Shown here piece after piece: positions 12,723-22,768 of a stretch of DNA of 64,000 bases. This DNA is from Alphaproteobacteria bacterium (GTDB lineage Bacteria; Pseudomonadota; Alphaproteobacteria; MPNO01): assembly GCA_965248835.1 (NCBI GenBank), contig CBDFLJ010000002.1:704001-768000 (forward strand). The letters run 5' to 3'. Positions within the stretch are counted from its first letter, which is position 1. Each line of letters begins with the position of its first letter. The position numbers and the translations under genes are program-made. The notes below the pieces were generated by a model, which was given only the letters and a program-made list of their open reading frames with translations, was not told the DNA's origin and did no database searches.

Positions 12723-12740
12723 GGTAACTATAACGTTACC
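12723..12740. promoter_or_regulatory. Palindromic operator upstream of the TA relic
   Basis: GGTAAC-N6-GTTACC just upstream of the ATG at 12714. Confidence 0.5.
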
Positions 12741-12897
12741 ATTTGGCAAGTCCGATCAGCGAGTCTATGTCGTGGGAAGATATCCCGCCGGGCGACCCGG
12801 AGGCTTCAGCGATCCTGCTGGCGATACGGTTGGCGGCGGATTTGACGGATGCGGGGTGCGCCTTGGTTAGACGGAATCTTCTGACTTCGGCCCGGTG

Positions 12898-14238
12898 CTA
12901 ATTCGTCATCAGCCCGGGCAGGTAGAGCGCGAGCCCCGGGAAGACGATTAGCAGGACGAGCACCACCAGCGCGCAGCCGATATAGGGCGCGGCGGCGAAG
13001 GCGACCTGCCACAGCGTGGTGCCCCGTGGGGCGACCCCCATCATGACGAACAGCAGCAGGCCGAACGGCGGCGTGGTCAGGCTGATCTCCAGCGCCAGCA
13101 GCATCACCAGGCCGAACCAGATCAGATCGAATTGCAGCGTCGCCGCGAGCGGGAAGAAGATCGGCACGGTGATCAGCATCATCGAGACCTGGTCCATGAA
13201 CATGCCCAGGACCAGCAGGACCGCGAACATGATCAGCAGCATGACGATGGGCGCGAGCGCCACCGTGGTCGCCCAGTCGATCAGACCCGCGCTCGCCCCG
13301 GTGAACGCCAGAAGCTGGCTGAAGGTCGACGACGCCAGGATGATCAGGAGCACCATCGCGGTCACCCGCACCGATCCGGCGAAAGCCTTCACCAGGATGT
13401 CCCAGCTCAGCACACGGTAGAGCAGGGCGAGCACCACCACGCCGAAAGCGCCGAAACCGGCGGCCTCCGTCGGCGTCGCGATGCCCAGGATGATCAGCCC
13501 GATGACGCAGAAGACCACCAGCCCCATCGGCAGGACGTTGACCGCCACCGAAAGGATCATCTGGCCGAGGGGGGTCTTTTCGACTTCGTAGGCCGGTGCG
13601 GCTTCCGGATCGAGCTTGACCTGGCCGTAGATCAGGATCGAATAGAGCAGTGCCAGCACCAGGCCCGGAAGGACGCCCGCGATCAGCAGCTTGCCGATGT
13701 CGATCTCCGCCAGGCTCGCCAGCAGGACCGCCAGCGCCGAGGGCGGGATGATCATCGCAAGCCCGCCGGTGCCCAGGATCGGGCCCATCGACATGTGCTT
13801 CTTGTAGCCCCGCGCGGTCATCTCGGGCACCATGAGCGAGCCCATCATGGCGGTGTTGGCCATCGTGGAGCCCGACAGGGTCGCGAAGATGGTGCCGCCG
13901 GCGACGGTGATATAGGCGAGCCGGCCCGGAAGGCGGCCGAAGCAGCGATCGAGCGCGTCGAACACGCGAACGGCGAGCCCGGTGTGGAAGAACAGCTCGC
14001 CCATGATGATGAACAGCGGGACCGGGATCAGCGCGAATATGGTCACCGATTCCACGGCATTGGCCACGATCTGCGGCATCGCGTCCAGGCCGCCCATGAA
14101 GATCATCGCGCCGATGATGTTGGCGGTCAGAAACGCGAACGCCACCGGGATGCCCAGCAGCATGAAGGCGATCACTATGCCGACCAGGAAAGCCGCGATG
14201 GTGTACCATTCGGTGAGCAGGGAGGCGGCCCACGCCAC
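12898..14238 (-). CDS. dctM: TRAP transporter large permease
   Basis: LIPVPLFIIMGEL, IIPPS, ATPTEAA and LTTPPFG motifs. GTG start overlaps the dctQ stop. Confidence 0.9.
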   Translation of the reverse strand: MAWAASLLTEWYTIAAFLVGIVIAFMLLGIPVAFAFLTANIIGAMIFMGGLDAMPQIVANAVESVTIFALIPVPLFIIMGELFFHTGLAVRVFDALDRCFGRLPGRLAYITVAGGTIFATLSGSTMANTAMMGSLMVPEMTARGYKKHMSMGPILGTGGLAMIIPPSALAVLLASLAEIDIGKLLIAGVLPGLVLALLYSILIYGQVKLDPEAAPAYEVEKTPLGQMILSVAVNVLPMGLVVFCVIGLIILGIATPTEAAGFGAFGVVVLALLYRVLSWDILVKAFAGSVRVTAMVLLIILASSTFSQLLAFTGASAGLIDWATTVALAPIVMLLIMFAVLLVLGMFMDQVSMMLITVPIFFPLAATLQFDLIWFGLVMLLALEISLTTPPFGLLLFVMMGVAPRGTTLWQVAFAAAPYIGCALVVLVLLIVFPGLALYLPGLMTN

Positions 14239-14750
14239 TAAAGCGACTCCGAAGCGCTGACGGTGTCGGAGTAGTAGGTGTCGAAACCGAGCAGGTAGCG
14301 CAGGAACTCGATCGCGACCAGAGAGAAGCCGAGCGGGAACGGCACGTAGAGGATCCACTTGGGCATGTCGATCGAGCGGAGATCCAACTCCTGCGACCCG
14401 ATGGCTTCGACCATCTCGACGAAACCGTAATAGGCGAACAGCAGCGACAGCGCGATGCAGACCAGATAGGCAAACTTCGCCATGATCGTGCGGACCGCCG
14501 GCGGCATCGCCAAAGTCAGGGACTCCACGACGACATGGCCCTTGCGGCGGACCAGCCAGGGCGCGCCCAGCATGGTCGAGAACAGCAGGCAGTATTCCGC
14601 GATCGCGCTGTACCACTGCAGCGCGTTGAAGCCGATCGTGCGGATGCTCACGTCGAGAATTATGCCGACGAAGATGACCGCGAGCATCACCCCGGCCAGG
14701 ATCGCAAGACCGACGATCAGCCCGTCATAGACCTTGTAGACGGCGTTCAT
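14238..14750 (-). CDS. dctQ: TRAP transporter small permease
   Basis: Four TM helices and GHVVVE; lies between dctP and dctM. Confidence 0.88.
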   Translation of the reverse strand: MNAVYKVYDGLIVGLAILAGVMLAVIFVGIILDVSIRTIGFNALQWYSAIAEYCLLFSTMLGAPWLVRRKGHVVVESLTLAMPPAVRTIMAKFAYLVCIALSLLFAYYGFVEMVEAIGSQELDLRSIDMPKWILYVPFPLGFSLVAIEFLRYLLGFDTYYSDTVSASESL

Positions 14751-14824
14751 GTTTCAACCGGGCCGAAACCGACGGTGCGGGCCCCGTCGCCCGACGAGGC
14801 CCGCGCTGCGCCTGAAACGGAACT

Positions 14825-15829
14825 CTATTGGCCGTGAAACTGGCCGTGATAGAGCCTGCTGAGGGTCTTTGCCTCTGGGGTCTCGACCTTCTTGAGCCGC
14901 TCGATCGGCGTGTTGTTGGCAAATCCGAGATACTTTGCGGCCGCGGCGCCGGTCAGCGTGATTTCCTTCTGGCCGAACTCCTTGGCCAGGATCGCGCGCT
15001 CTTTTTCGACCAGGGGCTTCCAATATTCGTACGAGGTGTGCTCCCACTGCTCGCCGAGCTTGAGCATCAGCGCCCGGCCATCCGGGGACAGCTTGTTCAG
15101 CGCCTTGTTGCTGATGAAGGTGCACGGCTCGAGCTGGTAGAAGGTGGGATAGACCCGGTATTTGACGAACTTCGCCCAGCCGAACTTGCGGGTCCACAGC
15201 TCGGGGAAGGCGAAGCCGTTGACCAGGCCGCGCTCCAGGGCGTTGTAGATCTCTGGCACCTGGACGGTGATGGTGGTCCCACCGAGCGCCCGCAGGAAGC
15301 CGTCATAGATCGGCACCGAGCGCATCTTGAAGCCCTTGAGCGAGATCATCCCGTCGGCCGACTGCTTCGGCGCGCCGCTGAGATAGAGATTGAACGACAC
15401 GCTGGTCGCCACCTGCGACAGGATGATGCCGTCGAGCCGCTTGGTGATCGCCTTGTTCAGCGCCGCCATCGCGCCGTTCTTGCGGGCCTCCCAGGGCCTG
15501 AGCTGCGTGCCCGACAGGGCGTCGACCTCGGGCACCACGCCGCGGTGATAGCTGGCCGCGGTGAACATCAGATCGTAGAGGCCGCTCTTGAACCCCTTGG
15601 ACTGCGCCGGGGCCTTGGAGATCTCCGGCCCGCCGATATGGCGGATGCTGAACAGTCCCTTGCCCTCCGCATTGGCTTTGTCGACGAACCGCAGAAAATC
15701 GCCGGTCAACGGAAAGTTCTTGGGCCAACCGGAAATGCCCTTCAGCTTGACTTCGGCGGCTTGCGCGAGCGAGGCGGACAGGATTGCCGCCAGCCCCGCC
15801 GTCGCCAGGAATGGGCCGAGTCTCCTCAT
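14825..15829 (-). CDS. dctP: TRAP substrate-binding protein
   Basis: Signal peptide; LKGFKMRS and EIYNALERGLVNG motifs. Confidence 0.88.
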   Translation of the reverse strand: MRRLGPFLATAGLAAILSASLAQAAEVKLKGISGWPKNFPLTGDFLRFVDKANAEGKGLFSIRHIGGPEISKAPAQSKGFKSGLYDLMFTAASYHRGVVPEVDALSGTQLRPWEARKNGAMAALNKAITKRLDGIILSQVATSVSFNLYLSGAPKQSADGMISLKGFKMRSVPIYDGFLRALGGTTITVQVPEIYNALERGLVNGFAFPELWTRKFGWAKFVKYRVYPTFYQLEPCTFISNKALNKLSPDGRALMLKLGEQWEHTSYEYWKPLVEKERAILAKEFGQKEITLTGAAAAKYLGFANNTPIERLKKVETPEAKTLSRLYHGQFHGQ

Positions 15830-16023
15830 GGTGTTCTCCCGTCTACTCGAGGACGTTTTCCAACCGTCCCAGACTTCCCGATTTCGGCGTCCAGCGCAAG
15901 CGATTGTGGCGCCAGGCCGAAGGCCGGCGGTCGCCGGACCGGAATTCCAACCGGACGCGGTTTGTCCTATCCTCCGGCTCCGGCAGCATCGCCGGGCGGC
16001 CGCGCGCGACCAGGGAGCACCCG

Positions 16024-17388
16024 ATGGCCGAGCACAAGCATTTCGCCCGCACGCCCTACAGCGCCTATCACAACCCGGCGACGGCGCGCGAGGATGCCGA
16101 GCTTACCCATGTCGAGCGCGGATCGGCCTGCGGCGCGTATCTGCGCCATTTCTGGCAGCCGGTGGCGCTGTCCTGCGAGGTCGGCGAACTGCCGGTCAAG
16201 GTGCGGCTGTTCGGCGAGGACCTGGTGCTGTTCCGCACACGCGCGGGCGACGTAGGTCTGCTGGAGCTGCATTGCAGCCACCGGGGGACTTCGCTGGAGT
16301 TCGGCGTCATCGAGGACCGCGGCATCAGGTGCTGCTATCATAGCTGGCTGTTCGCAATCGACGGCAAGATCCTGGAGACGCCCGGCGAGCCGCCGGGAAG
16401 CACGCTGAAGGACCGGCTCTATCACGGCGCCTACCCCGCCCGCGAATACGAGGGCCTGGTCTTCGCCTATATGGGCGATCCGGCGACGATGCCGGAATTC
16501 TCGATCTTCGATACTTTCGACATCCCGGGCGATCGGCTGGTTCCCTATTACATCACCTACCCCTGCAACTGGCTGCAGGTGCAGGAGAACGTCATGGACC
16601 CGGCGCACGCGGTGTTCCTGCACACCAGGGTCAGCTTCTCGCAGTTCGCCGATGCCTGGGGCGCCCTGCCGGTCACCGAGTTCCGCGAGACGCCGACCGG
16701 CATGATCTACATCACCACCCGGCGCTGGGGCGACAATGTCTGGGTCCGCTCGAACGACATCATCAACGGCAACCTCGCCCAGGTCGGCCATATATGGGAG
16801 GACGGCCAGGCGCTGAAGAACTACGTCCGCGTCGGCATCACCCGCTGGACCGCCCCGATCGACAACACCACCTGCCGCATCATCGGCTGGCGGCATTTCC
16901 ACCCAGACGTCGATCCGCGCGGAATGGCCGATGAGGATGCCTGCGGCCCGGAGAGCGTCGACTTCTTCGGCCAGGCCGCCGACCGCAGCTACGAGGACCG
17001 CCAGCGCATCCCCGGCGATTACGATGCCCAGACCAGCCAGCGCCCGATCGCGGTCCACGCGCTCGAGCACATGACCGCGACCGACAAGGGCGTGCTGATG
17101 CTGCGCAAGCTGCTGCGCGGCGAGATCCGCAAGGTGGCCCGGGGCAAGGCGCCCAAGGTCTCGCCGGTCCGCGCCGGGGGTGCGATCCCGACCTACTGCC
17201 ACGACACCGTGGTCCGGATTCCGCCGCTTGCGGGACGGGACGACGACGCGCTGCTTCTCCGGGTCGGCCGCCACATCACCGACATCAACGTGGACGGCGA
17301 TCACCAGACCGAAGACGACCGCGCCGAACGCATCCGCGGCCTGATCGACTGCTACGCCGCCTCGGAAACCGCGCAGGCCGCGGAATAG
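16024..17388 (+). CDS. Rieske non-heme iron oxygenase alpha subunit (phthalate dioxygenase/LigX-like)
   Basis: Rieske motif CSHRG...CCYHSW and iron site ENVMDPAHAVFLH. Confidence 0.9.
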   Translation: MAEHKHFARTPYSAYHNPATAREDAELTHVERGSACGAYLRHFWQPVALSCEVGELPVKVRLFGEDLVLFRTRAGDVGLLELHCSHRGTSLEFGVIEDRGIRCCYHSWLFAIDGKILETPGEPPGSTLKDRLYHGAYPAREYEGLVFAYMGDPATMPEFSIFDTFDIPGDRLVPYYITYPCNWLQVQENVMDPAHAVFLHTRVSFSQFADAWGALPVTEFRETPTGMIYITTRRWGDNVWVRSNDIINGNLAQVGHIWEDGQALKNYVRVGITRWTAPIDNTTCRIIGWRHFHPDVDPRGMADEDACGPESVDFFGQAADRSYEDRQRIPGDYDAQTSQRPIAVHALEHMTATDKGVLMLRKLLRGEIRKVARGKAPKVSPVRAGGAIPTYCHDTVVRIPPLAGRDDDALLLRVGRHITDINVDGDHQTEDDRAERIRGLIDCYAASETAQAAE

Positions 17389-17449
17389 GGCGCGCCGTCC
17401 CGAACGACTGCGGCGACGGCCGCGCCGGCTTGCCGGCGCGCGCCCGGCC

Positions 17450-19075
17450 TCAGTCGATCCTGGGGTAGACGGTCTTCAGCCCGGCCGCGCGGACCTCGTC
17501 CTCGTCCCAGAAGCCGATCAGGATGCCGGTCGGCTCGCTGGCGTGCGCCATCCGGTCGACCTGCTCCGGCGTGCGGGTGATCCGGCTGTGATGGCGCCGG
17601 GCCCAGGCGAACAGCGTCTCGTGCAGGCGCGCCCTGACCTCTTCCAGGCCGGGCTCGGTGCCGAGGTCGACCAGCTCGTCGGGGTCGGTCTCGAGATCGA
17701 ACAGCAGCGGCCGGAAACCCTCGGCTTGGATGTATTTCCAGCGTCCGTCGAAAACCATCAGCAGACGCGCATCCGCCTCGTCGACGCCGAGCTCCAGGCG
17801 CGACTGGCGGGTCGCATAGTCGTATTCGGAGATCACGTAGTCGCGCCCCGCGGCGGTTTGGCCGTGGAGCAGCGGCTGCAACGACCGTCCTTCCACGATA
17901 TGCGGCTTCTGCGCGCCCTTGAAGAAGTCGAGGAAGGTCGGCACCAGATCGATGCCCTCGACCAGCGCATCGCTCGCCGTGCCGCGGGTGGCGTCGGCCT
18001 CCCGCCTGGGGTCGTAGATGATCAGCGGCACGCGCGCCGAGCAGTCGTGGAACAGGTCCTTCTCGCCCAGCCAGTGGTCGCCGAGATTGTCGCCGTGATC
18101 GGAGGTGAAGACGATCATCGTGTCTTCCATCCGTCCGGTGCGCTCGAGATGGGCGAACAGCACGCCCATCTGATCGTCGATCTGCTTGACCAGCCCCATA
18201 TAGACCGGGACGACGCGCTCGCGCACCTCATCGCGCGAAAACGCCTGGCAGACCCGGTGGTTCTGCCAGGCGCGGTAGACCGGATGATCGGTCATCCGCT
18301 CGGCGTTGGAGCGCACCGGGGCGAGGATGTCGCCGGGGCCGTACATGTCGTGATACGGCGCCGGCGCGATATAGGGCCAGTGCGGCTTGATGTAGGACAG
18401 GTGGCACAGCCAGCGCCGGTCTCCGGCGCCGTCCATGAAGTCGATGCAGCGCCGCGTCAGATAGGGCGTCTCGGAATGCTCCTCGGGCACGCGGGCCGGC
18501 CGGTCGGCATAGCGCATCAGCCAGCCGGACAGCAGCTCGCCGTCATCACCCTCGGCCGAGTTCGCCCATTCCTCCCACGGGTTGACGCCGTCCATCCCGT
18601 GTGCGCGCAGATAGGCGTCATAAGGCGGGTCCTTGTCGTAGTCGCCCTGCGGGTGCAGGCCGTCGTCGCGCTCGAACGGTGTGAAGCCGCACTCCGCGGT
18701 ATGGATGCCGATCACCGAGTCGGGCTCGATCCCCAGCCGCTTCATGCCCTCGATGTCGGGGATCATGTGGGTCTTGCCGACCAGGACGCAGTCGACGTCG
18801 ATCTCGCGCAGATGATCGCCCAGCGTCGGTTCGCCGACGCGCAGCGGAAACCCGTTCCATGTCGCGCCGTGGCTGTGGACGTAGCGGCCGGTGTAGAAGC
18901 TCATGCGCGAGGGCCCGCAGATCGGCGACTGGACATAGGCGCGGTCGAAGCGCACCCCGCGCTCGGCCAGCCGGTCGAGGTTCGGCGTGTGCAGCCTCGG
19001 ATGGCCGTAGCACGACAGATAGTCCCAGCGAAGCTGGTCGACCATGATCCAAAGAACGTTCCGCGCCGATGACAT
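17450..19075 (-). CDS. Sulfatase / phosphonate monoester hydrolase family protein
   Basis: IMVDQLR, formylglycine motif CGPSR, KPHWPY and FTSDHGD. Confidence 0.88.
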   Translation of the reverse strand: MSSARNVLWIMVDQLRWDYLSCYGHPRLHTPNLDRLAERGVRFDRAYVQSPICGPSRMSFYTGRYVHSHGATWNGFPLRVGEPTLGDHLREIDVDCVLVGKTHMIPDIEGMKRLGIEPDSVIGIHTAECGFTPFERDDGLHPQGDYDKDPPYDAYLRAHGMDGVNPWEEWANSAEGDDGELLSGWLMRYADRPARVPEEHSETPYLTRRCIDFMDGAGDRRWLCHLSYIKPHWPYIAPAPYHDMYGPGDILAPVRSNAERMTDHPVYRAWQNHRVCQAFSRDEVRERVVPVYMGLVKQIDDQMGVLFAHLERTGRMEDTMIVFTSDHGDNLGDHWLGEKDLFHDCSARVPLIIYDPRREADATRGTASDALVEGIDLVPTFLDFFKGAQKPHIVEGRSLQPLLHGQTAAGRDYVISEYDYATRQSRLELGVDEADARLLMVFDGRWKYIQAEGFRPLLFDLETDPDELVDLGTEPGLEEVRARLHETLFAWARRHHSRITRTPEQVDRMAHASEPTGILIGFWDEDEVRAAGLKTVYPRID

Positions 19076-19265
19076 TCAGCCTCCGCCTCGCCGATGGTGC
19101 CCGCAATCCAAGGCGCGACGATACAATCGGACCCCGGCGGAGACCATACGGGAATTCCCCGCCGCGCCCGCCCTCGCCCGGCCGTGCAGGCAGCACGGCG
19201 GGGAAAAGCTTGTTCCCGGGCCTGGCTACATGATGCGGAGCCAAGACCCCCGCGCGCGGGCTCCG

Positions 19266-19335
19266 GTTGACAGGTGTTTGCCGCACGTTCGGAGCCCGCG
19301 CGCGGGCTCCGAACGTGCGGCAAACACCTGTCAAC
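19266..19335. repeat. 70-bp perfect palindrome with no spacer
   Basis: GTTGACAGGTGTTTGCCGCACGTTCGGAGCCCGCG is followed directly by its exact reverse complement. Confidence 0.97.
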
Positions 19336-19580
19336 GGTTCGCGAACAGCCCGCCGCCCTTGTGCCCGCCGCGGCCGATCAGCAGCGGGCCGGGCTGGGCC
19401 GTTCCCGGTTCGTTGGCGAAGTCGTAAAGCTGGTGGCGCTGTCAGTCCGTGTTCGGCCGCGCCGGGACCCGCTCGGTCATCCGCGCTTCGAGCGCCGCCG
19501 GGATGGCTGTCCAGGCGCTGTCCAGGCATTGGGACCGCTCATCAGGACCTGCATGTCTCCCGGGGTGAAGCGATAGGAGT

Positions 19581-20384
19581 TCATGCGCTCCACAACAGCG
19601 GGAACGGGTCGCCGGTCAGCGGTTCCCCGACCTTGAGGCCGAGATCCGAGAAGGGCGGCGAATGCGTACCCTTTTCGGCATAGACGGCATCGTCGCCGAC
19701 CCAGCGGACCGAGAATGCCCGCCGCCGCTCCGTCGAGGCGTTGGCCGGCGCACCGTGAACCGTCCAATAGGTGAAGGCAACGGCATCGCCGGGCGCCATC
19801 GCCCAGCCGCGAATGTCGAAGTCGGCGCGGTTGGCGGCGATATCGGGTACCCGCTCGCGGGAATCCCCGTCGTTCAGCGGGGTGCCGTTGAACCGTTCGG
19901 GCCTGAATTCGCGACCCCATTTGTGGGAGCCGGCGACATACTCGATCACGCAGTCGCGCGCCACCGGATCGAGCGTGATCCACAAGCTGCACGTCATTGC
20001 GACGTCCACGCAATAATAGGGCATGTCGTGGTGCCATGGCGTCACGACCGACGAGCCGGGCTCCTTGACCAGGACATGATCGTGAAACAGGCGTGCCGTC
20101 TTCGACCGCATCAGACGCCCGGCGACGGCCGCAGCCGACGATTCGGTCACGAAGCGTCGGTATTCCGGAATCCTGTTCCAGTTGCAGAAATCCTGAAAGA
20201 AGGGCGCCGTGCCGTCCGCCGGCCGGATGCTTCGCTCGCGCCAGCTTGGCGCCGACATGTTGGTCTCCATCCCGCGCCGCAGCTCATCGACCCAATCGGC
20301 GAAGACGCCCTTCAGAAGGAGCACGCCGTCTGTCTGAAAATCGTCCACGTCCTGATCGGTGACGTAGGGGCGGCCGGCAGCCAT
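19581..20384 (-). CDS. Phytanoyl-CoA dioxygenase (PhyH) family Fe/2-oxoglutarate dioxygenase
   Basis: TPWHHD, GSHKWG, PGDAVAF...TVHGA and RRAFSVRW. GGAG RBS before MAAGRP. Confidence 0.88.
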   Translation of the reverse strand: MAAGRPYVTDQDVDDFQTDGVLLLKGVFADWVDELRRGMETNMSAPSWRERSIRPADGTAPFFQDFCNWNRIPEYRRFVTESSAAAVAGRLMRSKTARLFHDHVLVKEPGSSVVTPWHHDMPYYCVDVAMTCSLWITLDPVARDCVIEYVAGSHKWGREFRPERFNGTPLNDGDSRERVPDIAANRADFDIRGWAMAPGDAVAFTYWTVHGAPANASTERRRAFSVRWVGDDAVYAEKGTHSPPFSDLGLKVGEPLTGDPFPLLWSA

Positions 20385-20447
20385 TCTGTCCTCCCCGCTC
20401 GCGGTTCGGCGGCCCGCGCCGCCGGTATCCCGATCCAGCCTCTTGAA

Positions 20448-20479
20448 TTGTATATATAAATCTTGACTTGTATATATAT
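20448..20479. promoter_or_regulatory. Two HutC-box-like sites in a divergent promoter
   Basis: TTGTATATATA occurs twice, one mismatch from TGTA-N2-TACA, around TTGACT; hutC lies in the downstream operon. Confidence 0.65.
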
Positions 20480-20590
20480 TTCGATCTTCACTGACAAGAC
20501 GCCTCGCCGCCGGAGCCAATGCCGGTCCGGCGGCGTAATGCGGTTGAGAGCGGGCACGAAAACGCCGGGCTCGCCGAAGGGAGAAGCACA

Positions 20591-21736
20591 ATGACGTCCT
20601 GGAAGTTCAGCATCGCCGCCGCTGCGGCCGTCGCAATGACGGCATCTGCGGCCTCGGCGGAGACCATCAAGATCGGGTTCAACACGCCTCAGACAGGTTT
20701 CGCGGCGGCGGACGGCAAGTCGGTCCTGACCGGCGCGCAGATCGCCGTCGATACGGTGAACGCTGCCGGCGGCGTCAACGGGAACAAGGTCCGCTTGATC
20801 GTCTATGACGATCAGGCCAAGCCCAAGTTTGCCGTGCCGATTGCGACCAAGCTGATCCAGCAGGACAAGGTCGTCATGAGCATTTCGGGCAGCTATTCCG
20901 CGCCGACGCGCGCGTCGGCCGGCGTCTACCAGAGCGCAAAGGTGCCCTACATCTCCGCCTTTGCCGTTCACCCGGACGTTACCCGGGCCGGCGACTATGT
21001 TTTCCGGACCGGTATTCTGGCCAGCGTTCAGGGCAAGGCGGCCGCCAAGCTGGTCGGCGAGACGCTGGGCAAGAGGCGCGCCGTCCTGACAATCATGAAG
21101 AACGATTACGGCAAGGCGCTTGCCGCAGGCTTCAAATCCGTGGCCGCCCGATACGGCATCGAGGTGGTCAAGGAATACCAGTATTCCCTGCGCGATCGTC
21201 AGTTCGGCCCGATCGTTTCGTCGATCAAGGGGGACAATCCCGACGTTATTTTCGATACCGGCTACTGGTTCGTCTCCGCGCCGTTTGTCAGCCAGCTTCG
21301 CGCCGGCGGCGTCAAGGCGGTGGTTGTCGCCCAGGAAGGCTATGACGGCGTCAAGTTCATCGAGATCGCGAAAGAGGCCGCCGAGGGCGTCATCATCGTC
21401 ACGGCGCTGGACCGGGACAGCAAGGATCCGGCCGTCCGCAAGTTCATGGAAGCGTTCAAGGCGCGGGCCGGATACGGGGCGGACATGGTCGGCGCTTCCG
21501 GTCACGCCGCCGTGACGGTCGCCGTGGCGGCGTTGAAGAAGGCCAGCAAGGTCGACCGGGCGGCGGTGCGCGATGCGCTGGCCGCGATCAAGGTGAATGC
21601 GATCACCGGGACGCTTTCGTTCAATGCGCTGGGCGAGGTGCAGAAGTCGATCAAGGTCCAGGTGGTGCGGGACGGACGCTGGCGCTATCACTCCGAGATC
21701 ACCGACGCCAAGCTGCTCACGCCGCCGAACAAGTAA
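20591..21736 (+). CDS. LIV-type ABC transporter substrate-binding protein
   Basis: Signal peptide; IKIG, VNAAGGVNG...LIVYDD and NDYG motifs. Confidence 0.9.
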   Translation: MTSWKFSIAAAAAVAMTASAASAETIKIGFNTPQTGFAAADGKSVLTGAQIAVDTVNAAGGVNGNKVRLIVYDDQAKPKFAVPIATKLIQQDKVVMSISGSYSAPTRASAGVYQSAKVPYISAFAVHPDVTRAGDYVFRTGILASVQGKAAAKLVGETLGKRRAVLTIMKNDYGKALAAGFKSVAARYGIEVVKEYQYSLRDRQFGPIVSSIKGDNPDVIFDTGYWFVSAPFVSQLRAGGVKAVVVAQEGYDGVKFIEIAKEAAEGVIIVTALDRDSKDPAVRKFMEAFKARAGYGADMVGASGHAAVTVAVAALKKASKVDRAAVRDALAAIKVNAITGTLSFNALGEVQKSIKVQVVRDGRWRYHSEITDAKLLTPPNK

Positions 21737-21889
21737 GCCGCGCGCCGGCGGGCATGGGCGGCGCCGTATCCCGCTGCGGCGCCGCCTGTTTTCGCGCGGC
21801 GAATCCTCACGAGACCTGTCGATAAGCGACCTGTTGATCGGCGAATTTTTGATACGCGAATTTTTGATGCAAGACCGGGGTTTCCCGCG

Positions 21890-22750
21890 TTGAACTACTC
21901 CGATCTCCTGATTCAGGGGCTGGTCGAAGGGTGCATCTATGCCCTGATCGCCGTCGGCCTGACGCTGGTCTACGGCCTGCTCCGGATCCTCCATATCGCC
22001 CATGCCGGCATCTTCACGCTGGGCGCCTATATCGGCCTGCTGCTGACCAACGAATTTGGCAGCTTTGCCGCCGCCTTCGTCGTCACGATCGTTGCAGTGG
22101 GCTTTTTCGGCATGGCCTTCTACCGGGTGTTCTACGAGCCGATCCTGGACAATCCGCCCCATGTCGCACTGATCGCCTCGATCGGCCTGTTTGTCGCCAT
22201 GGAAGAGATTTACCGGATAGTTTTCGGCGCGACGAGCATCTCCTTTGTGGCGCCGCCGCTGAAGGAAACGGTCTTGGTTGCCGGTGTCCACCTGGAGGAG
22301 GCGCGCATCGTGGTCGTCGTGCTGGCCGTCGTTCTCATCGGCGGACTGGCCGTTCTGGCCGGCAGGACGCGCATCGGCATCGCCTGGCGGGCGACGGTCT
22401 CGGATGCGGCCATGGCGGAGTCTTTCGGGATCAATCTTGCCAGGGTCCGCTACATCAATTTCTTCGTGGCTTCCGCCCTTGCCGCCGCGGCCGGTGTCAT
22501 GGTGGCGCTTCTCATCAACCAGGTGATCCCCACCATGGGCGGCGTGCCGGCATACAAGGCGCTGGCCGTGATCGTTCTGGGCGGCCTCGGCAACGTCAAG
22601 GGAACCCTGATCGCCGCGCTTGCGCTGGGGGTGATCGAATCCTTCGGCACCATCTATCTCGACAAGGTGCTCGATCGCGACGCCATCGCTTTCGCCTTTC
22701 TCATCGCCGTCCTGATGATCCGGCCGCAGGGCCTGTTCAGCCGGCATTGA
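21890..22750 (+). CDS. livH: LIV-type ABC permease
   Basis: YALIAVGLTLVYG and VIVLGGLG motifs; ends RPQGLF. Confidence 0.88.
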   Translation: MNYSDLLIQGLVEGCIYALIAVGLTLVYGLLRILHIAHAGIFTLGAYIGLLLTNEFGSFAAAFVVTIVAVGFFGMAFYRVFYEPILDNPPHVALIASIGLFVAMEEIYRIVFGATSISFVAPPLKETVLVAGVHLEEARIVVVVLAVVLIGGLAVLAGRTRIGIAWRATVSDAAMAESFGINLARVRYINFFVASALAAAAGVMVALLINQVIPTMGGVPAYKALAVIVLGGLGNVKGTLIAALALGVIESFGTIYLDKVLDRDAIAFAFLIAVLMIRPQGLFSRH

Positions 22751-22768
22751 GGGGAAGCGGCGTCCGGC

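Noticed and set aside
12898-14616. Fused 572-aa DctQM protein
   Set aside because: DctQ is a separate ORF in another frame (14238-14750), and DctM starts at the overlapping GTG.
19266-19335. Protelomerase telomere site
   Set aside because: No protelomerase is in the window, the centre is GC-rich, and the adjacent direct repeat favours template switching.
20312-22747. 811-aa minus-strand ORF and similar long antisense ORFs (e.g. 3054-4454, 17543-19072, 46090-47562)
   Set aside because: They are shadows of real genes on the opposite strand, expected at high GC, and carry no motifs.
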